Translations under genes and position numbers: made by a program
Assembly (NCBI RefSeq): GCF_009914755.1
Contig: NC_060926.1
Source of the DNA: the human T2T-CHM13v2.0 reference genome, Homo sapiens
Direction: 5' to 3' (one strand)
Length of the DNA stretch: 64,000 bases
Shown: in pieces, positions 42,006-56,500 of the stretch
How the letters are laid out: every line of letters begins with the position of its first letter
How positions within the stretch are numbered: the first letter of the stretch is position 1
The notes under the pieces: model-generated
Database searches by the model: none
What the model was told of the DNA's origin: nothing
The model's input: the letters and a program-made list of their open reading frames with translations, nothing else

Positions 42006-42715
42006 TATTACCAGCAGCAAATCCATATGGATCTGCAGCAAATCAATCCTTGCCTCCTTGGAGGAAAGAATTTAGCCAAGGGGCAGAAGTAGGTTGAAGG
42101 CAGAGGGAGAGACCAAGACAAGTTGTAGCGGGACCAAAAGTTTATTAAAAAGTTTTATAGCAGGAATGAAAGGAAGTCAAGTACACTTGGAAGAGGGCCA
42201 AGTAGGTGACTTGAGAGATCCTAGTTCCCTGTCTGTCCCTTGATTTGAGGTTTCAAATACTGGCATGGTTCTGGGATTTGTGTTTCTTCTCCATTTATTC
42301 TTCCCTTGGGGTGGCCTGTTCACATGCTCAGTGGCCTGCTAGCACTTGGGAGGGGTCACATTTGCAGTGCAGTTACTGAAGTAGTGCAAATGCTCATTTG
42401 AGGCATTTTTCCCTTATCAATCAACTGTTCCTAAAGGAAGATCATTTACTGGTTAAACTCCACCGTTTTTCCTCTTGGTGCACATATTTGAGCCCGGTCA
42501 TCCAAATCCTGAGAGCTTATCAGGAAGCGGCTGATGACAGATTCAGCTCTTTTCTATCTGCTAGGAGACCGTCTTTTCCTGGTGTCAGCTGAGACCAATT
42601 ATTATTTTAGAGAGACAGTTTAACAATCACCTGACCATCACCTGATGGTTGCCTAACATTCCTGGGGCAGCCCTCTCCTGCTGTGCTCATGTCTCCCTAA
42701 CTATCTACTCCAACA
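42006..42715 (-). mobile_element. MER50 5' LTR
   Basis: Minus strand begins TGTTGGAGTAGATAGTTAGGGAGACATGAGC...CCATCAGGTGATGGTCAGG. Confidence 0.9.
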
Positions 42716-42878
42716 ACCTCACTGGGTTGTTTTAAATATTAATGTGTTAATAGACGTTTGCCCCAAAAGAAGCCTGCTGAACAGGAAGATAGTCAGCAAA
42801 TATTAGCCATTATTTTATTACCGCACCCAACAGGCCCAGTTATATCAGTTATATATAAAATGCCTGTCTGATTATGCC

Positions 42879-43168
42879 TTTTTTTTTTTTTTAGACAAAG
42901 TCTCACTCTGTCACTCAGGCTGGAGTGCAGTAGCCTAATCATGGCTCATTGAATCCTCAACCTCCCAGGCTCAATCTTCCAACTGCAGCCTCCTGAGTAG
43001 CTGGGACTACAAGCATACCACCACACCTGGCTAATTTTCTTATTCTTATGTAAAAGTGGGGCTCTTGCCATCTTGCCCAGGCTGCTCACAAACTCCTAGA
43101 CTCAAGCGATCCTCCTGCCTCCATCTCCCAAAGTGCTGGATTGCAGGCATAAGCCATCATGCTCAGCC
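42879..43168 (-). mobile_element. AluJ
   Basis: Dimer; TSD tgattatgcc / tgactatgcc. Confidence 0.9.
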
Positions 43169-43760
43169 TGACTATGCCCTTTTCAAGCTTAAGACCATTC
43201 AGTGACTTCCTATTATTTTTGGAATAAATTCCAAAATTATTGACATAGCTCCACGTGAGCATTCTTGATTCACCTCTGCACACCTCTCCAGCCATATCTT
43301 TGCTATTCACTGTCTCCCTCATTATCTGATCTTGAGCAGCAGTGGCTTAATTTACATTTCTTAGGCACACAAGGTTCATTTGGCCTAATAAAGCCCCTGC
43401 ATGGCAGCTCTCTTATACCTTCCTTGGACTAGAATCCCAGTTATCTTCCCTTCACTCCTGATGTTTCTTCAGAAACCAACTTGAAGAATACTTTCTCAGG
43501 GCCATTTACTATGTGACATTATTATGTGACCACTCAAGACAAGATCAAATCCCATGTTTATGCAATTTCCTAATACCTAGAATTATAGCCAATTAGTTAC
43601 TTATGTAATTATATGTCTTTGTTTCTATCATGTAAATTTTATTACATTAAGTTTGTAATGAAATGGGAAATGTCTGTTTGTTAACCAAGGTATCATTAGT
43701 GTCTAAAAGAGTACCTGACATCTAGTTAACGTTTAACAAATAGTTACAGTTATAGAATAA
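43169..43760 (+). mobile_element. L2
   Basis: ttcagtgacttcctatt...aattccaaaattattgaca...gtacctgacatctag. Confidence 0.65.
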
Positions 43761-44495
43761 ACCCATTATAAATAAATGAACTAAAAAAATAACTGTGGAG
43801 TTACTCTGATTCTGTTCTTTGACTTTCTAGGGATTAATGCTGGATCTACTTAGCAAGAGGACAGCCAGGGACACCTTAGAGATAATTCATCCTAACCACT
43901 CCTTTTACAAATAAAACCAGACTCCATGCAGCTATAAAAAGAGCCTTTCTCAACCTTCCTCCAGTCATAAGTTCTTTTGTTTCTCTATCTACCATAACTG
44001 TGAAAGGAATTCCATACTTTAACTCGGGCATTAGTGGTGATTAGTTGTCCAATTCATAAAGTTGTGCATTGCTGAAAGGGGTAATCCAAAGGTCTAGAAT
44101 TCAAATGTCAGAAGTAATGAGATCAGTAAAATACAAGGATAAAAAAGGCTTGAGACCACAAAAAAGTATTTCTTCTATCTCATCTTGTAAAAATCATCTC
44201 TGAGTATAAAATATAACATGATGTATATTTTTAAAGATTTCTCAAATGAACTCTAAACAGGAAAAGACAAAATTAAGGATAGAAACTTGGATCTTGGTTG
44301 GTGCTGTAAAACTTGAGAAAGTTATTTATTTTTGTTCTTTTCCCTATGAGGGAAAATGGTATTTCCAATTTCAAGAAATCCAAACATATATAAGCTTTGA
44401 AATCAGAAAAATTAGAAGCCAATTATACCATTTTTAAAGTATTTTCTTTGCTTCCTCAAATAGTGAGCCACCTAAGTTCAATAGATCATAATGGC

Positions 44496-44808
44496 TTTTT
44501 TTTTTTTTTTTTTTTGAGACAGAGTCCTCGCTCTGTCGCCCAGGCTGGAGTGCAGTGGCATGATCTTGGCTTACGGCAAGCGCCTCCTCCCGGGTTCACA
44601 CCATTCTCCTGCCTCAGCCTCCTGAGTAGCTGGGACTACAGGTGCCCTCCACCACACAGGGCTAATTTTCTTTTTTTTTTCTGTATTTCTAATAGAGACC
44701 GGGTTTCACCACGTTAGCCAGGATAGTCTTGATCTCTTGACCTCTTGATTCGCCCTCCTTGGCCTCCCAAAGTGCTGGGATTAAAGGCGCAAGGCACCGC
44801 GCCCAGCC
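44496..44808 (-). mobile_element. AluY-like
   Basis: cccgggttcacaccattctcc; TSD cataat. Confidence 0.92.
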
Positions 44809-45013
44809 CATAATACCTTTTTAAACATGTATTTAAATTAGATTTTTACCAAGCCATATTACCAGGCTAAGTAAAAAGGTACCTGTTTCATAATTGAGAT
44901 CGTGTATATATTTCCAAAATGACCAAATACATACTTTTATTGAAAGCAACCCATATTTTGAATACCTTTATCTTATATAATTTTGTTCTAGTCTACACCA
45001 TCATTGCTACTGA

Positions 45014-45328
<315 letters not shown>

Positions 45329-46264
45329 ACATTTCAAGATATTTTGTATTTTCTATTCTTGAACAGTCTTGACTGAACATGAATGCTCTCTTTCTGTCCA
45401 CCCGGAGTAGTTGAAAGATATTTATTTAAAAGTGATATTAATGATATAAATAGATAAAAGAAGAGTATCACCTGGATAAGAATTTGGAAATAAGAGAAAA
45501 GTTTACATTTGAAATGCAGGTTTTACATGAAATATATATATAATCGGAGTTGTTTTTTACAGTGAAGTTCAACTGTTCTTTTTGTTCTTGCTGTTCCGAT
45601 GCTCTCTCTCTTGTTTCTTTTTGAGTGTCACAGACATTTATATTCCTCTTTTCTCAACCTAACCTTTCCCTGATTACAGGCATTTGTACTAATTACTGTG
45701 ATTCCACAGTTCAACACAGACAGCTTTGTTCCCACTGCTACAGAAGCACAGAGCTGCATCAATATTGAGTAGGGGGTTCTTGAAAATAACCTAAGTGGCA
45801 TTTTGGAATAGATATTCCTCCAATGGGTAAGATACCTACCTAAAACCACAAAATATACATTCAATAGCATATTTTTTTGAAATTCTATAGACTTTCCAAA
45901 CAACTTTGTTTAGAATAAAAGATTCATAATATGCTAACACAAATGTAAATATTGTACCAGGTCACACCTAAAGGATGGAAAAGTCTAGTAAGTGAAAATG
46001 CCCATTACTCTTGGGCTGTAAGATTTTCTACCAGAGAGGTTGCACAGTAATATACCCTAACTGTTAAGAATGAGAAAGTTTGTTGCTGTTGTATTTTGTT
46101 TTATTTTGTGGGCATCTGTAAGAACTAGAGAAAAACTGTAGAGTCCTGTGTGTGTTTTGTTTCACCTATGGAATACTGATTCTCTTCGTGTTAAAATGAT
46201 TAATTCTTATTTGTTATAAAATAGAGAATATTATATAAGTTCTGGATTCCTGTATTCTCTTGAA

Positions 46265-46712
46265 AATCATGAAGTTCTGCCAACTCTGGGCCCAATTTCA
46301 TCTAGCAGCTACTGCTGCAGTATGGTGCTTAGACTCACAGAGGGAGGTGGCTTTCCAGTTCAGCCCCAACCCCACCTCTGTCTTTGCCTACCATACACTG
46401 AAACCTAGAGTCAGATGGCATTTATCATTTTTTCCCTAATATTAGAGTTGAAAATATATTTTGTAAATATCTGTGTTTCTATCAAGATGGGTAAGATTAA
46501 AAATGGACCCGAATAGCTGTATGATTCAAATAAAAGAGGTGTAGTCCAAAAAGAAAGAATATTTCTTTGTGGAAACAAGGGACATTCCACATATTTAATT
46601 TGTAATGTTGTCTGTGTGAAAGACTACATCTTTGTCATCTGTGCATTCTACTTTACTATACACATTTATATTTATTTACTTGCCCCTTAGTAGCTTAGTC
46701 TACAGCCACTGT
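46265..46712. mobile_element. hAT-Charlie (MER102/MER113-like) remnant
   Basis: gccaactctgggccca...atttacttgccccttagtagc. Confidence 0.4.
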
Positions 46713-46964
46713 GACTGTCATATTCAGCCATGGTGTAAGCTGACATTTTTTTAAATGGGTGTGTGAACATGTGTACACTTCGGAAAAAGTGGCAAAGGAT
46801 ATACTCCCTATGTCAACTCATTATACCTAGTTCATGCGTTTATCAGTTATTTTAACTTTCTTTTGTTTATCTTTTTCATGTTATGAGTTTTGACCATGTG
46901 CTTGTGTTAGATTTAAAAACAGAAAAACAATAAAATAAAATGAAAAAAGTAAGAAAATGGTTTG

Positions 46965-47510
46965 TTCAGAATGCTAAACACATATTCCCTTTTTGTTCCC
47001 CTCTGGATGCAATTAATGCATACTTCAATCTTCATAGAACCTAATCCAAAATGCAAGGGTCTTTATAATCAGCCTTCCCAAATTGATTTTTACTCAATCA
47101 AAACCCTCCTCTCCAGACATATTGATTTTTTTCATTGTCCCTTAAACACACCTGAACTCGGAACCATTTCCTCCTTCACGTCTGTATTTATTCTGTTAAG
47201 CCTCTTGACTTCCCTCCCAGCCCAGAATATCTTATTTTGTTGATGCATCAAAATACTCACATCATTCAAGTCCAGTTCAAACTCCTTATTAATGCTTCCC
47301 TTAGACGCCGGAAGTGATCGCTGTTCTCCCTAATTGCAATTGCACTTAAACCAACTGTAGCGAACAGCTCAATCTTTGTTAAATATTTCCTCATAATTCC
47401 TCTGAGGAGCACTAAGACCCTGAGATATTGATAGTTTTTGTGATATAAAAATTTCCATGGCTTAAAAAATAATGCAAAAATGTTCAGAAACATTTGGTTT
47501 AAACAAAATT
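46965..47510 (+). mobile_element. L2
   Basis: tactcacatcattcaagtccagttcaaact...cctcTGAGG. Confidence 0.55.
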
Positions 47511-48649
47511 AACCAGATTTATTTACTGCAGTATTTCTCAGACCATTAGAACATGTGTAGTCTCCTGCTAATAGTGAAGAGTGGTTTTAATATAAGGAAT
47601 TTTACAAAATTTTGTCAGCATCAAACTGACAATTGTCCTTATGATTTTGTCCATATTTTCTAGTAGAATAATGTCCTGCAGAAGATAATTTGGGTGATCC
47701 CAGTTCATAATATAGTTTTATGTGTATCTCTTTATTTCAAACCAGCTAGCAAATTTCTAGTCACTGAACTTGTTCTTACAAATATTTTTACACGTCGAGA
47801 TCCTTCAACACTTATGAGTTCATGGTATGTGTGCAAAAACCACGAATAGATAAGGAGGGGAGTAACAATACATTGTCCATTGGCTAAGATACCGGAGCAG
47901 TTCAAGGGGACAGTCATCCCAGATTCAGGGAAACAGGAGGAAACCCATCAAAGGATATTAGGTAACCTCTGACAGTCTGGCAATGTTTCCCTCTTCATGA
48001 CACTCGGTCCTTGCTTCTCCTCTTCTGTCTGGACCAAATGATTTCAAACTCAGGCTTCCTGTAGCTCTCCAGTGTGAAAGAGGCTTAAAGAGATAGGATC
48101 ACTTCAATTCAGGGTGCAGCCTCATTTTTCCCTCTGCTGTTCACATATTGATAGGAACTTTACATCTGTCATGTCTCCTTTTATAGATGAATGTAGGGAG
48201 GGTGGATGATAATGCATTCCAATATTTATTCAATTTCAAAATGAAAGACAAGTTGAAAATCCTTCATGAGGATGCAATCCACGGAAATATGAGAGCTGTC
48301 TACCTACCATCTCTAACAGATTTTGGCCTTTGTTTATTTCCGAAGCACTTATTTGTCATTAAGATAATTTTTGTTTATGTTTTCTCAGGCATATTATGAT
48401 TCCCTTAAGTTTCCAGAGAGCCTTGTTCTATGCTCTGTAAAGGAGAGGCATATGTGGGTTAAATAAGAATTTAATATATGCTTAATGAATATATCACTTA
48501 TTTGTAGAATGCATTCTTGTTCCTCCTTGATATTCTTGCCATGCCAAACCATCACGATTTCTGTCATTTGCCAAAGTATATTCTTACTTTGCACTTACAC
48601 TGATTACACCTGATAGCCCATTTTGCTGAGTCATCCTACTGTTCTCTGT

Positions 48650-48820
48650 GTCCTTACTTCTCATAGTGTTGTCAGGAAACCAGCAGCATAGGCATCCCCT
48701 GAGAGTTTGATAGAATGCAAAATTGCAGCTCCAACTCCAGACATAGTGATTCAGAATACGCATTTAAACAAAAGTCCTTGGCAATTCTTATGCTCATTAG
48801 AGTTGGAGAAGCTCTGTTCT
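48650..48820. mobile_element. MER5A
   Basis: accagcagcataggcatcccctgagagttt...tcagaatacgcattt...agttggagaagc. Confidence 0.8.
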
Positions 48821-49199
48821 AAGTGTTCCCTGGATTTTTCACTGTGGGCTGAGGCACGTGGTATATAGACATCTCTCTCTCTCTTAACTTCTTCTGTTCT
48901 CCTGGGCATTGTCTTCAATATTTCTCTTTCTTTTTCCTTTCAGCAAGTGCACCTGCTTAGGACTCACTAAACCATTTTCACAATTAATTTTCCATCTAAT
49001 CAAAACCCTCCTATCCATATATCTCTACTATCACTCCAAAAATAAAAGTTTCATTGAGGTCTGCCTCCCCTATAGTTAGCTAGCTCAGATGGAAGTTGTA
49101 GGCTATTCCACTTGCCAGGCATTTTTCAGCCCATTGTTTGCATTTTTGTTCCATCATTTTCCTGAAACTTTTTAAGTCACAATTACCTAAAATTGTTGA

Positions 49200-49950
49200 A
49201 CATATTGAGCATTTTTTGAATTTCAGTTGTCTGGTCTCTCTGTCACCTTTGACACTGTTGTTACGTTCTTCCTTAAAACTCTCTTTTTCCTCAGCTTCTG
49301 AGAAATAATCCTCTTCCGATTCCACAAAGACTCAGATGGTTCTTTCTCATTTCCCCACATCTGTGTTCCCATCCAATCGGTATTATCCTTCCATCCATGC
49401 ATCCATCCATGCATCCATCCATCCATCTATCCATCCATCCATCCATCCATCCATCCATCCATCCATCCATTCATCTTCAGCTTTCTTTTTTTAATCTCTC
49501 TATACATTTTTTATAAATGATGCTTCTGACTTTCAAGACTTCAACTACCAGATCCAGAGCTACTGATTCCTTTCATCAGTGACCATGCCTTTTCTCCCAC
49601 ATGCCTCTCTGAATGTGAGATATCTCTCCCTGTCAATACAACCCACACTAAACTTATTTTCTCCCCACCTCTTCCATTCTATATTCCTTAGCTGGGCTGG
49701 TAGAATTGAAAAGTCTTTCTCAACTCCTACTTCCTTTTCTGTGCACATCCAATTATCCCCTGCATTCTGTCAATTCCACTGTCTTAACAACTCTTAAGTC
49801 TATCTTGCCTTCCTATCACATAGTTACCAACTTAATTCAGAATTTCTTCATTATTTCTTACCTTCACTGCAATAATGGTCTCCTAGTAGGTTTTCTTTCT
49901 CCTTACCCACAGAGTTCTTCCTAATCAATTTTTCTTACTTCTTACACCAT
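49200..49950 (+). mobile_element. L2 containing a (CCAT)n microsatellite at 49390-49475
   Basis: tttgacactgttg...; tgtcaattccactgtctta...cactgcaataatggtctcctag. Confidence 0.6.
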
Positions 49951-50159
49951 GAAAAAGCTTCCCTTCTCATTCTGTAGCCATCTCAATGGGTTTGTTCTTG
50001 CAGGTCTACCAAAAGCAAGGAAGGGCTCCTGAGGTTATACCAATGTAAAAGGATAGAAAGGTGAGTAATTCAGATGAGATGTGGTTTCTCAGACAACACT
50101 CCCTTCCAACATCTATGAAAATAGATGAACATGAAGCAAAATTAAAATAATAGCAAATA

Positions 50160-50460
50160 GTCTGGGCACAATGGCTCATGCCTGTAATCCCCGAACTTTG
50201 GGAGGCCAAGGCAGGAGCATTACTTGATTCCAGGAGTTCAAGACAAGCCTGGGCAAAATGGCGAGACCCTGTCTCTACAAAATTAAAAAATTAGCCAGGC
50301 ATATTGATATGTGTCTGTGGTCCCAGCTACTTGGGAGGCTGAGGTAGGAGGATTGCTTGAGTCCGGGAGGTCAAGGCTGCAGTGAGCCCTGATTGAGCCA
50401 CTGTGCACCTGCCTGGGCCATAAAGCAAAACCCTGTCTCAAAAAGTAACAAGAAGAAGAA
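50160..50460 (+). mobile_element. AluJ
   Basis: Dimer, gaggtcaaggctgcagtgagcc. Confidence 0.9.
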
Positions 50461-50595
50461 GGGTAGCAAATAAATAGCAAAAATATAGCAAAAAAAGAAA
50501 ATATAGCAGTCCATAAAAATAAAAGTTCAAATTGATTCTGAATAAAAAACATGCTTTCAAATCCATCTGAAGAATTCCTACCTTAGCTACTGATT

Positions 50596-51713
<1,118 letters not shown>

Positions 51714-52023
51714 GACTTTAGAAATAAACCCCACTAATTGCCCATCCTATTTTGAGATGGTTCATTCATATATGAAAAACTCCTGTTCCTTTACATCTTG
51801 ATTTATACCTAAAAACTCTGTGCAGGTATGATTTCTGTCATTCCAGAATTCTCCATGCCTACAAGTAGTGTTAGAAATTTCCTTTTTGCAAAACTACTTC
51901 TTCTGAAGGAGAGTGTTGGAAGCTATCTTATAGTTTGGATTCATGGGCTGGGGTTTGGAAAAGAGAATTATTCCAGGGGGTTATGAAGAATCCTAAAATC
52001 TTAACAGAGCAAAATCTCAAAAT

Positions 52024-52042
52024 CTATATATAGGTATATGTA

Positions 52043-52096
<54 letters not shown>
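52024..52096. repeat. (TG)n(TA)n microsatellite
   Basis: Directly visible. Confidence 0.95.
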
Positions 52097-52097
<1 letters not shown>

Positions 52098-52099
<2 letters not shown>

Positions 52100-52258
52100 T
52101 TTTTTTTTTTTTCTTGAGACAGAGTCCCATTCTGTCACCCAGGCTGGAGTGCAGTGGTGAAATCTCGGATTTGCCATTGCATTACAGCCTGGGTGACAAG
52201 AGCAAAACTCCGTCTAAAACAAAAAGCAAAAAACAACAACAACAATAACAAAAACAAA
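52098..52258. mobile_element. Fusion of two oppositely oriented Alu 3' ends
   Basis: Minus Alu end 52098-52167 joined directly to plus Alu end 52168-52258. Confidence 0.9.
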
Positions 52259-52299
52259 TTGGCCAGGAACATTTCTGTTTAGGAAATTTAAGACCAAGG

Positions 52300-53510
52300 A
52301 ACTGAACTAACATTGGGTACTTACCAGAGTCTAAGACCTGTTATTCATGGGCATTTAGATAAGTTTTCTCATTTAATGTTTATAACAACTCTATTGATAA
52401 GGACATGTTCTCAATAGAGAAAAATGAGGAAAGATAAATGAAAATAACAATGGAGTACTTAATGCCAAAAACTTTATCAGGCGTCGTGAGGTATCTATTA
52501 TATAAAGCTCATTTTGCAGATGAGGAATGCTGCTCTGAGAAGATGAGTGAGCTGCTCATGGAAACGCAGCTCTTAACTGCTAAAGGGAGGAAGTAAAGCT
52601 TTGCCTGCTTTACTTCAAGGCCCGAGCTGTTTTCATTATAACAATCTACAGTCTTTAAGATAGGTGAAGACCATTTTGGACGCAAATGAGCTAAACTGCT
52701 TATCTATTTGTGTTTTAATCAGGTCTGTCTGTGAAGTTATCTTCCAGCTATTTTGTATTCACCCCACGATACCTAGCACTGTGTTCTACCATACATGACC
52801 ATCAATAAATGTTTGCTAAATTGATGGATGGGCCTTGCTGTGCTATTAAGGAACACTCATCACGCTACAGGAATTGCTTTGTCCCCACGTTAACAGACAA
52901 CTGGTTATGATGAACTTCTAAAGGAAAATAAAATTATGCTTCTCTGAAAACACATCTAATAAAATGAGGATGTTATTATCATTTGGTTTGTTTTTGAGAA
53001 TATCGATCTTAAATACAGTTAAATAAATAGCTGGAAGATTGGAAATAACATTAGGAAAAAGATCTTTTATGAGACATGATAAAGAACAATAATTCTTTCA
53101 TATATACATTTAAGTACAAATTCACAGAACTCCTTCTGAAGAAACAATTGATTCACTCCTAAGTTTAAGTACCTATTAAATATTTCCTAGTAGGAGGTTT
53201 CATCTATATGTTACATGTCAGTAGCATTACGTCAAATAAGAGTAACTATTTGGACCCATTCTTTGGGGTTGAGGAATGGAGGTGATAGTTATTATGCATG
53301 AAGTGGCTGACTGGATGGTGCACGTCGTAGACTGCCTAATGTTGATATTCAAAACAATCATATGAAATATGTGTTACTATAATCACATTTAGATGGGAAA
53401 ACTGAGTGAGGAGGAAGTCAGGTATGTTTCCTGGCTTACATGTCTAGTACATGATAAAGCCAGAATTTAAATCTGTATGTCTGATTCCAAAATCTTTGTC
53501 CACTCTGCTT
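52300..53510. mobile_element. MIR and L2 fragments
   Basis: cattttgcagatgaggaa; cctagcactgtg...aataaatgtttgctaa; agatgggaaaactgag. Confidence 0.6.
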
Positions 53511-56500
53511 CTCCCATGCTACCTCCAATAGCTCAAAGTATGAAGAAGGTACAGTGACGCAAATAGGGCCTTCATCTAAAAAGATCAGAGTAATAGCATA
53601 ATGGATAATAAAATATTTACAATATCAACAGGGTCAGGGGTAAGTGCATTTGTAGAAAAAAAAATGACTGGAAGGAAACACCACAATGAAAACAGTGGTT
53701 TCGTTGTATTATATTACGTTTTGCTATTTTAGTAATGGAAAATTTTAAGCTCATGAAAAAGCAAGATAAGTGTATTTTAGGACAAGGCTTTACATCAGAT
53801 TAAAGAAGATTTCTGGGAGAGAATCAGCAAGAGGCCATCGTGCAGCCTGGACAGAGGGAGGGAACGTTCCACACTGCTGCTCTAACAGAACACAAGCAAT
53901 GGCATATGGCACTAATTTGTGAAATTACACTTTAATTTCAAACCCAGGTTAGGAAGAGTAGTCATGGCTGGAGAACACTGAAGAAGGCTTCCACCTATTA
54001 GCTCAAACAGTCAGGCAGGTACTAAACTGATCCAGCAGGCAGCATGCTAGATGTTGGAGATAGAGAGTTGAACACCGTCATGTACGTAAAAACAGCATAT
54101 TGTAGGAGCATACTTTAGGGTTGTACTTCTTTATAGATCCTCTGAAGTGGGGCCCTTGAGATATATATATATATATATGAGCAAATAGAACATAATAGCT
54201 TTTCTACTTCCTTCTGCATTGCTTTTTAACCTTCCTTCCTTCCTAATATGTGCATCCTGCCTCAATTCCCTATCTACCTTCTTGCATACTGGCCCAATAT
54301 AGAGAATATATTAATTATTACTTTCCTTATAATAGCACCTCACCCATCTGTTTTATCCAGAAACCCAGTTTTACATTCCATTTTCAAGGTCAGCGAAAAA
54401 CAGAGAAGGCCTCAGCATTATGAGTGCTGCCCCATGAGATAGTAGGTAGAATGGCCCATCTGTTAAAACACTGTTCATAATTTTAAATGGAACATTTTAA
54501 AGCTCAGTGAAATCATTTCTACTCTCCAGTACAATGAACTTCTATTCTCTTACCTCCTGGAGAGGTTGAACTGAACATGGAAAATCGGGCCTTTTTGGTT
54601 CTTGTAGTGAATATAAATGGTGATATCAAATCACCAACTTGGCCCAGGAGATAATTTCTTGTGAGTCGCTGAGGCTGGCTGTTCAATCTTACATGTTTTA
54701 CACATAATTCCAGACCATTTTGCAGAAGGTTTCTTGGCTTCCATCTTAAGGATCAAAAGCAAGTTTCCTCATGGTTTGTGATTCTCATGCCAAAAGGGTA
54801 AATGTGCAGGAAGGTCATAAGCAGTAGCAAAGCTTCTCTCACATCTGCCTTGAGCTTGAGCAGTCAGGCTTGCTAATTTGACCTCCTATTGTCATTTAGA
54901 ATCTTCTGCCAGGAGAGTTTTTTTCTTTTTTAAAGAAGTGAGAGGCAGATAATTTGTTTAAATTATTTATATTTAAGAAGTGGAAGGAACAGGGAAGAAA
55001 AAAGAGATGTCTTGATTTTCTGAGGAGTATGCCATGGATAGACACTTAGGGCACAAAACAGCAGCTACCTGGTTTATGCTGAAAAAAAAACAAACATGTA
55101 AATAGCAATTATTGTGCAGCAGTAGCCCTGAGGAGGATTCTCTGCATACTCAATCTTTCTAAGCACCCCTAAGTGTCTTGGACTCTCCATTACAGAAAAT
55201 GTGTTTAGGTCTATGAATGGAAGAGCGCACCTGTGTGTGTCCTGTCCCAGTGTTTCTGTGATGATGTGGATGTCCTATGAAAATATTAGTAACAGATGGC
55301 AATGTTTCTCTAGCCTTGATGTTATTCTCATAGTATTTACAGGTCGCATCAACTGGTCAGATGTGGCTACAAAGTAAAGTCATAATACTTCAAAAATTAT
55401 TCTTCTTGAAAGCTCATGTATATGTATTCTCAAAAGACACACTCAGGCAGTTAGAACCAGTGTATTTCTATGTAATGACCTGTTCTCCCAAACATGGTTG
55501 TCTCATTGCCCAGGGATTAAAAGGGGAAATGCTTCTAACAATCAGCAAAGGCAAAAACTGCAAAGGGATGGAATAAAAAAAAAACCATAAAGCAGACATA
55601 ATGATTTACAGAGGCAAGCAATCTGAGGTTATCTATTTGAGGAGCCAATAATTACATGTATACAAATAATCTTTGGAGGAATAGTACAAAAATGGATGTT
55701 TCAGAGGTTGACCCAAGTCATAATATTTAAAATCCCTAGTGTAAGGAGGCACAGAGCAATATAATTTTAGAAAATCACCCATCCAAAATATATTTTAAAG
55801 GATTTTCACCTAAAGATGACATTCCTTTTACCAATGATGTAGACTACATTAGTTCTCCTTCCCTTTAGGTCTGAAGTTCAGTTAGCTCAGTCTCTTTTGT
55901 ACTAGGTAGAGTTTGTGGCTATTCCCTTGAATAGTCCAGATGACTTTGCTCTTAACAAGGCAGTCCCAGAGTAGTTAACATGAAAGCCACGTGTGAGGGT
56001 GTGTGTGGGAGGGAGAGAGGAGTTGGTGGGAAGAGGAGGTCATCTGTGCTAATGGAAAATAAACTCAAAGGGCATATCCAGCATCACCTTTGTATGGGAA
56101 GAGCATCTATTTGGGGTTTTCATTTTCTGATAGGCAGTGATAGAATTACAACTAATATAATAAATAAATAGAACTTTAGAGAGTGCAAGAAAAGAATCCC
56201 AGCCCTGGCCAGTGATTTGATTTGCTCTAGCACATCCATCTGACTGAGCCATCTGGCAGTGAACCAGTGGTATCAGAACAGCAATGGGTGTAACCTTGAG
56301 GAAGGGTTGCCCCTTGACAAACAGACTGGTGGGAAAAGTGCAGGATGTGGCAAGACTGAGGATGAACAACTATCCACCCTGCAGAGGATAGCGACATAGG
56401 GAGAGAAATGCGTGGTGCACATCACTTTGTCCTGAGTGTTTGGCCAGGCCAGGTATGAAAGGCACTTAGGCTGGATACCTAGGAATGTCTAACAGCAGGT

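Larger units (their letters stand above)
37389..42715 (-). mobile_element. MER50 / HERV-FRD-family provirus, internally deleted
   Basis: Two homologous LTRs, TSD ACCT (37385-37388 and 42716-42719), PBS, gag knuckle and env remnants. Confidence 0.92.

Noticed and set aside
43810-43835. Isolated strong splice acceptors (also ~48186, ~48388, ~55868)
   Set aside because: No equally strong donor at exon distance; background frequency is high
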